DNA of 64,000 nt from Raillietiella orientalis. Its lineage: Eukaryota. The translations under genes were made by a program, and so were the position numbers. Positions 59,171-64,000 of this stretch are shown in pieces (position 1 is the stretch's first letter; every line of letters starts with the position of its first letter). Under the pieces are notes generated by a model. It was not told the origin of the DNA, made no database searches, and saw only the letters and a list, made by a program, of their open reading frames with translations. Location: NCBI GenBank assembly GCA_036172245.1, contig JAYWIR010000002.1, positions 1,922,001-1,986,000 on the forward strand, read 5' to 3'.

Positions 59171-60200
59171 AACGTCGGCAGGAGCCGAGTATTCCCGGCC
59201 TTGGTCGCCAAGCAGGCTAGCCGCTCCAGACTGCCAGACCTGGCGCTCGGCCCTCGCCTCGTACTCTGAGAGGAACCGGACTTCCGCGCGTCTAGAGAAG
59301 TTGCGCGCCTGCAGAAATTCTCTGCTGTTGGCCATGTCTTCCCCGAAGCCGCGCGGTAGCAGGTACAAGGTAAACCGATCGCAAAACTCACGAACCGATC
59401 TTTTTAGATCGTCCCAGTCTGCGAGTTGCCGGATGGCAAAGTCGCGGAGAAACTGGTGAAGGGGTTTCGAGGAGGCCAGGGGAAGTGAAAAGTCCCTTCG
59501 CTTCGCAAACTCCCCCTGGTGCTGACGGAAGGGACCGCCCTCTGGGAAGATCCGTCTGGGAGGCGGCAGCCCTTCCCTTGCCCTTTGCCCCAGGATAATA
59601 AGGGTGTGTCCATGCGGATGCACTGTTTCTTGCTCTTCCGGTGGTGTAATGGCGACCGGAACTTCTCCGCCCACGGAGGAGGGAAATTCCCTCTCCTCCT
59701 TGCTTCGTCGCTACTTCCCAACCCTCCCGGGAAGTCTTCCCACACCCACTCCCTCACTCAGTGATACCAGGGGAAGCGCCAGGTGGTGGCGCGTGCACAG
59801 CCTTCTCAGGAACGACCCGAAACCTGCAGTCCTCTTCCCCTCTCCCGTAGACAAGGAGCGCTCCACCCGGGGAAGGGCGGCAGGCGCAGGCGATGGTTCC
59901 TGCAGCCAAAACTCTCGTCCGTAGGTCACTCGTTGCCGGGAGGAACCTTCCCTAGATGCTCTGCTCGGGAGGAGGAGAGTTCCCTAACTGGAAGACGTTC
60001 TCCCGCCATAGGACGTGGGGAGAGGATGCGCGCGCTGCAGGGAGAAGTGGGTCTCGGAGAGGCCTGTGTGCATGGGCGTCCCCACCGAGCCGCTCTTCCC
60101 CTCCCTTCCCTGAGAGAAAGGGAAGAGGTGTGGAATAAAGGGCAGGTGATTCAAGGACCGGACCAGGGTAACGAGGTTCCCACACGATCCGCAATACCAC
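59170..60200 (-). mobile_element. Decayed non-LTR ORF2 5' fragment (AP-endonuclease plus linker), inverted (piece B)
   Basis: Minus strand shows an LRIVx(W)N-like start (about 60194), GLSETHF (60044-60064; APE xxQETH motif) and the linker-like ADWDDLKRSVREFCDRF in ORF 59135-59674. Confidence 0.6.
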
Positions 60201-60208
60201 GCCTCCCG

Positions 60209-61008
60209 AGGTACTTAAATTACCTTGGCGTTCCGTTGGGGGACTTCTGCCAGTCAGAAGCCTGGTGAGATCGTCTCCAGAAAGTGGAGTCGGCGATCGG
60301 CCCGTTCCTAAAGGCAAGTTTCACTTGCCAGAACGGGTCGCGGTGTGGAACGCGTTCGCAGCCCCCTCCTTCGCCCCCTGCTTTTTGTTTGCCCCGCATT
60401 CCGCGAGATGAAGAGAACTAAAGACCTCCTGCGCATCACCCTGTGGGGCAGCGGGAGGCCTCGTGTGCCTCTGCCGGACTTGTGCGCTCCACGTCGGGAT
60501 AGCGGCCTCGGCTTCCTGACGCTGGAGCGGATGAAAATTCAGCTGCGATGGCGAACCTTGGCCATCGCGGCGAAGTACTGGAGCACCCATTAGTGCGTTC
60601 CGGCCCGCCTCCTCACCAGACGTGTATCCAGAGCGGGAGGGCTCTCCTCTTTTCTTCTGTGCCCCGGCCAGAAAATAAGATGCGGCCTTCTCCTTCGCTA
60701 CCTGAGAATCGCGACCGGATGGTCTCATCTGAGAGCTATGCAGAGAGACCTCAAGGGCATCCTGGAAAGGATGATCTCTTCCTCCAGCGGACAGTGATAC
60801 CTTCCCGGCCCACCCAAGTGTTTCTTGTTTTTTTTCGTTTTCCTTTTTATTTTTGTTTTCTCCCCCATCCCCTCCGCTGCCGAGGAGAGTCAAGCCGGTC
60901 TGCGCACCGGCTTCCCAGCAGACCCCAAGATCTATTGGCCGTAGCGGGACCTCGTACCGCAAATGTACAGAGTTTAGAAATAAATGCCCAGGCGTGACCG
61001 GGTGGGAA
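60209..61008 (+). mobile_element. Second, diverged copy of the copy-A retrotransposon family (piece C): RT thumb plus 3' end with a large internal deletion
   Basis: 60209-60640 aligns by eye to 57514-57950 (YLGVPLGDFC, LCAPRRDSGLG). 60757-60812 aligns to 58884-58942. It shares the 3' hairpin and the AATAAATGCCC..GG..CCGGGTG terminus. Confidence 0.85.
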
Positions 61009-64000
61009 CGCCTCCCGAGGCGGGCAGTGCCCATCCTCCGATTCAGCAGCCGTCATTCAGGCCCCGGGGTGAATGGTCTCGGAAGGGACGATGCATGGGG
61101 GAAGGGATATGCATATGCACCCCGGCAAAGCATTCCAGGGCTGAGGGCAGACGACACCCGGCCCCATAGCCCCATTCGTTGCACCGTCCACCCGTTCTTC
61201 GGCAACTCCGCTTTCCCCCCGCTAAGTCTCATGGCGCAGACGTGGAGCCCGGAGACCCCTTTTGACGACCCTTTTGCCGATCCGGAGACCAAACCGCCTT
61301 CCAGAGGGGGGGCAGACGCTACTTCCAGAAAGAACTCTAAGGATGCACGAGCAAGCCGACCCTGTCAACTTTGCTCTTCCCCCAGCAAGGGTCCATCCCC
61401 GGGCAACATAGTCTGGGCAATTTTGAGGGAAGGGGATGTTAGGGTGGTCGTTCGTCCGTCCCCTGCTTCGCGTGCCTCTCTACTGTTTGAAGCTTCGCCG
61501 TTATCGCCTGCTTCTCTCCAGTCGCGGGCTATGGGAACCCCTGAAAGCATCTCCGGGAGCAACAAAATATCAGTTTGAGGGGGAATCGTCACCGTTCGCG
61601 AGCCTTCTTAGATAGCACGATTCCTTCCCTGATCTCTCGATGGTGCTATCGCATCGTGGCAACGTGGGAAACGGCGTTGTGCAACGGAAAAGTACGAGGC
61701 GGCAGTTGTGCGGAATGGAAACGGGATTCCACTTATCAGGAGAACGGGAGTGGAGCTCGAGCACTTTGGACACGATTCTGCTTTCACATATTGCAGCATG
61801 GCAGGGCACAGCACGCGCTCACGATAGGTAAAAGCATCCGTTATTTCCGTTGCGAAACTCCACAATGAGTCCCAAGGCCTTCGCCGGCGCAGCAGCTTTT
61901 CGTGACGCAACAATCAGGGCGGTTGAAGAAACGCGGCCACCACCAGGCGTCCGCAGCCATTTCCGCTTCCAGGCCACAGCTTTGGTTTCGTTCCCGGTTC
62001 GAATTCAGAGGCCCCTAAAGGTCGACTTCCAGCCAACTGCCCTTCGAGCATAGACTACGAATCCGTACCAACATCCACTAAAAGCGAGGTGCCTTCGGTA
62101 GATTTTGGTAAGGTTGGCGCAGCTTTTACTAAGCGTCGACTCAACTCGGTGCTTCGCCCACTCTTGCTCCCGTGGGAATCCATTTAAAGACCGTGGTGGT
62201 CATCGGAAAGTCCCCAAGCGACGGTGAGCTCATTTCTCAAGCGCGGAAGAGCTTGGCCTGGCGTGTTTCCCGCAAGCTCAGGATATTTAGCAGCAGAATA
62301 CCGAGAGCATCCTCAGAACGATGTGCCGGGATTCCAGGTGGATAAAGAGGATAAAGGAGGCATTTCAGGGCATCCATGTCCCCTGGGCTGGAGCCTGCAT
62401 CATGTGCTGCGGAAAGGAAAATGAAAAATAAATAAATACGTGGGCGAACCCCAAAGCTACGGGACAGCGATGAGAATCCTATCTGCTCCTAAGGCAAGCG
62501 AGCACGCGATAGGAACGGACAAATCGAGGTTCATTTGCAAAATTGTCCTCCAAAGAGGACTGCTACGATGGAGCAGTTTTTTCCTTCTTTCCCGCAAAAG
62601 ATTTGTAATTCCGTCGTGTAAGTGCAGCACGCTGAGACATGCTGCTGCCAATGACGGAAGTTTCCGGTTTGGACTGTTGCGTTATACGGGCAGTTAAATT
62701 CCGTTTCTAAGGAGACCGTGAGCTTATCTTTATCGATTCCCTCAGAAAAAGAAAAGAGAAGAGGAAGAGAAGCAAAGGAAACAGCAGCTTGCGAAGCCTT
62801 TTTTCAGACGTCAGTCACTGCGGCGATGGATTATCACAGCAAGAAGTCGGCCAGTACCTGCTTTGCAGAGCCGCAGCTCCCGCTACGTACGGAAGTGACT
62901 GCGTGTGGAAGATTAATGCAGGGAGATGCCCGGAATCTCGCCTGCCGAAGGGTTTATACGCGGTCCTCGGGGGAACATCTCACTGCTTTCGACCCGAGCG
63001 TCTCCGCCGCGTTGCGCCGTCTTTCGTCTGCGCTTGCGCCTGCGCGCGCCGGAGGGAAGATAGGGGTGTTTCGGCTGCTCGCCACCTTGACCCGTTAGTC
63101 AGGACAACGCGCCTCTCCTTGATGGGTAGAGGTGCTCCGTTTCCCTGAGTGGGACGCGTAGCGGGAGTGGCATGACGCAGCTCGCCATCCCTCCCGACGT
63201 CCAGACCGCGCTTGCGCGCGGCACGAGAGCGCTGCCCCGAATTCCCAGGGTGCGCATCCCCAGGGACCGGGAACGCTCCGCTTCCCATAAAACTTTCAGC
63301 GTGCTCGGGCGGGTTGCGGGGGCGGGAGGGCCGTCCGCTCGGCGGTGCCCGCGAGGGCGTGTGCCTGTGGAGAACACACCGGATGACTTCACGGCGAAAC
63401 GCGGCGGCAGACCCTGCTGTGCGCGAGACGAAGGGCGCGGGAACGCCCGTCCCGCTGAGGTTCTTCTCATCTTTCCTTCCTCCTTCCTTCGGGAGAGTCC
63501 GCCAACAGCGGGTTGCCTAGGCAGCGGATGAACTTGCCCGATGACCTCCTGTGGGTAACCTTGATCCGGGGCGCAGAACGGAGGAAGCAAGGAAGAGAGG
63601 AAAAGCGAAATCCGACCGGCGCCACTTCACCTCGTGCGCTGGCTCCGAGAGACTGAGGATGGCAGAAAGGACTGGGAGACACGATCCTACTGGGTAGCGG
63701 GGCGTGGGGAAACGCTCATCTCGAAGGAAGGGAGGAAGGAGAGGATGCAGAAGCGGGTCGGGAGGAACGGGAAAAGGAGAATGGGGGTGTGCCCCTGAGA
63801 GGAGGAGCCCTCCATCCCCGGAGATGCCAAGCGTCCGCGAAGAGAGGGAAGGCCCTTCCGCCTCTCTGCTCAGGACCAGCTGCGGCCGCCGATGTCCACT
63901 CCGCGCCGGGCAGTGAGGAACGGGAAGGAGGAGTGTCTCTCTGAAGGGGCATGGAACACAGTAGGCCCCCCCCGGGGGGGAGGGTACAGTCAATCCCTTC

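Overview
Eukaryotic (animal, probably invertebrate/arthropod-like) genomic DNA. One confidently identified protein-coding gene: calcineurin A (PP2B/PPP3 catalytic subunit) on the minus strand, ATG at 27843 and TAG at 21012-21010. It has 12 constitutive GT-AG exons (497 aa by manual splicing), six introns of only 44-70 nt, and two candidate frame-preserving microexons (9 nt and 21 nt) in the linker between the calcineurin-B-binding helix and the calmodulin-binding site. The gene body is a sharply bounded AT-rich, CpG-poor island inside very GC/CpG-rich, microsatellite-laden DNA. At 55.7-61.0 kb there is a cluster of decayed L1/Tx1-type non-LTR retrotransposon pieces in both orientations; two diverged copies share 3'-UTR hairpins. 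Fainter RT-like remnants, a possible ankyrin-repeat pseudogene and several AT-richer enhancer-like islands occur elsewhere. Nearly all long ORFs in the supplied track are artefacts of high GC. All calls were made by eye without database searches.
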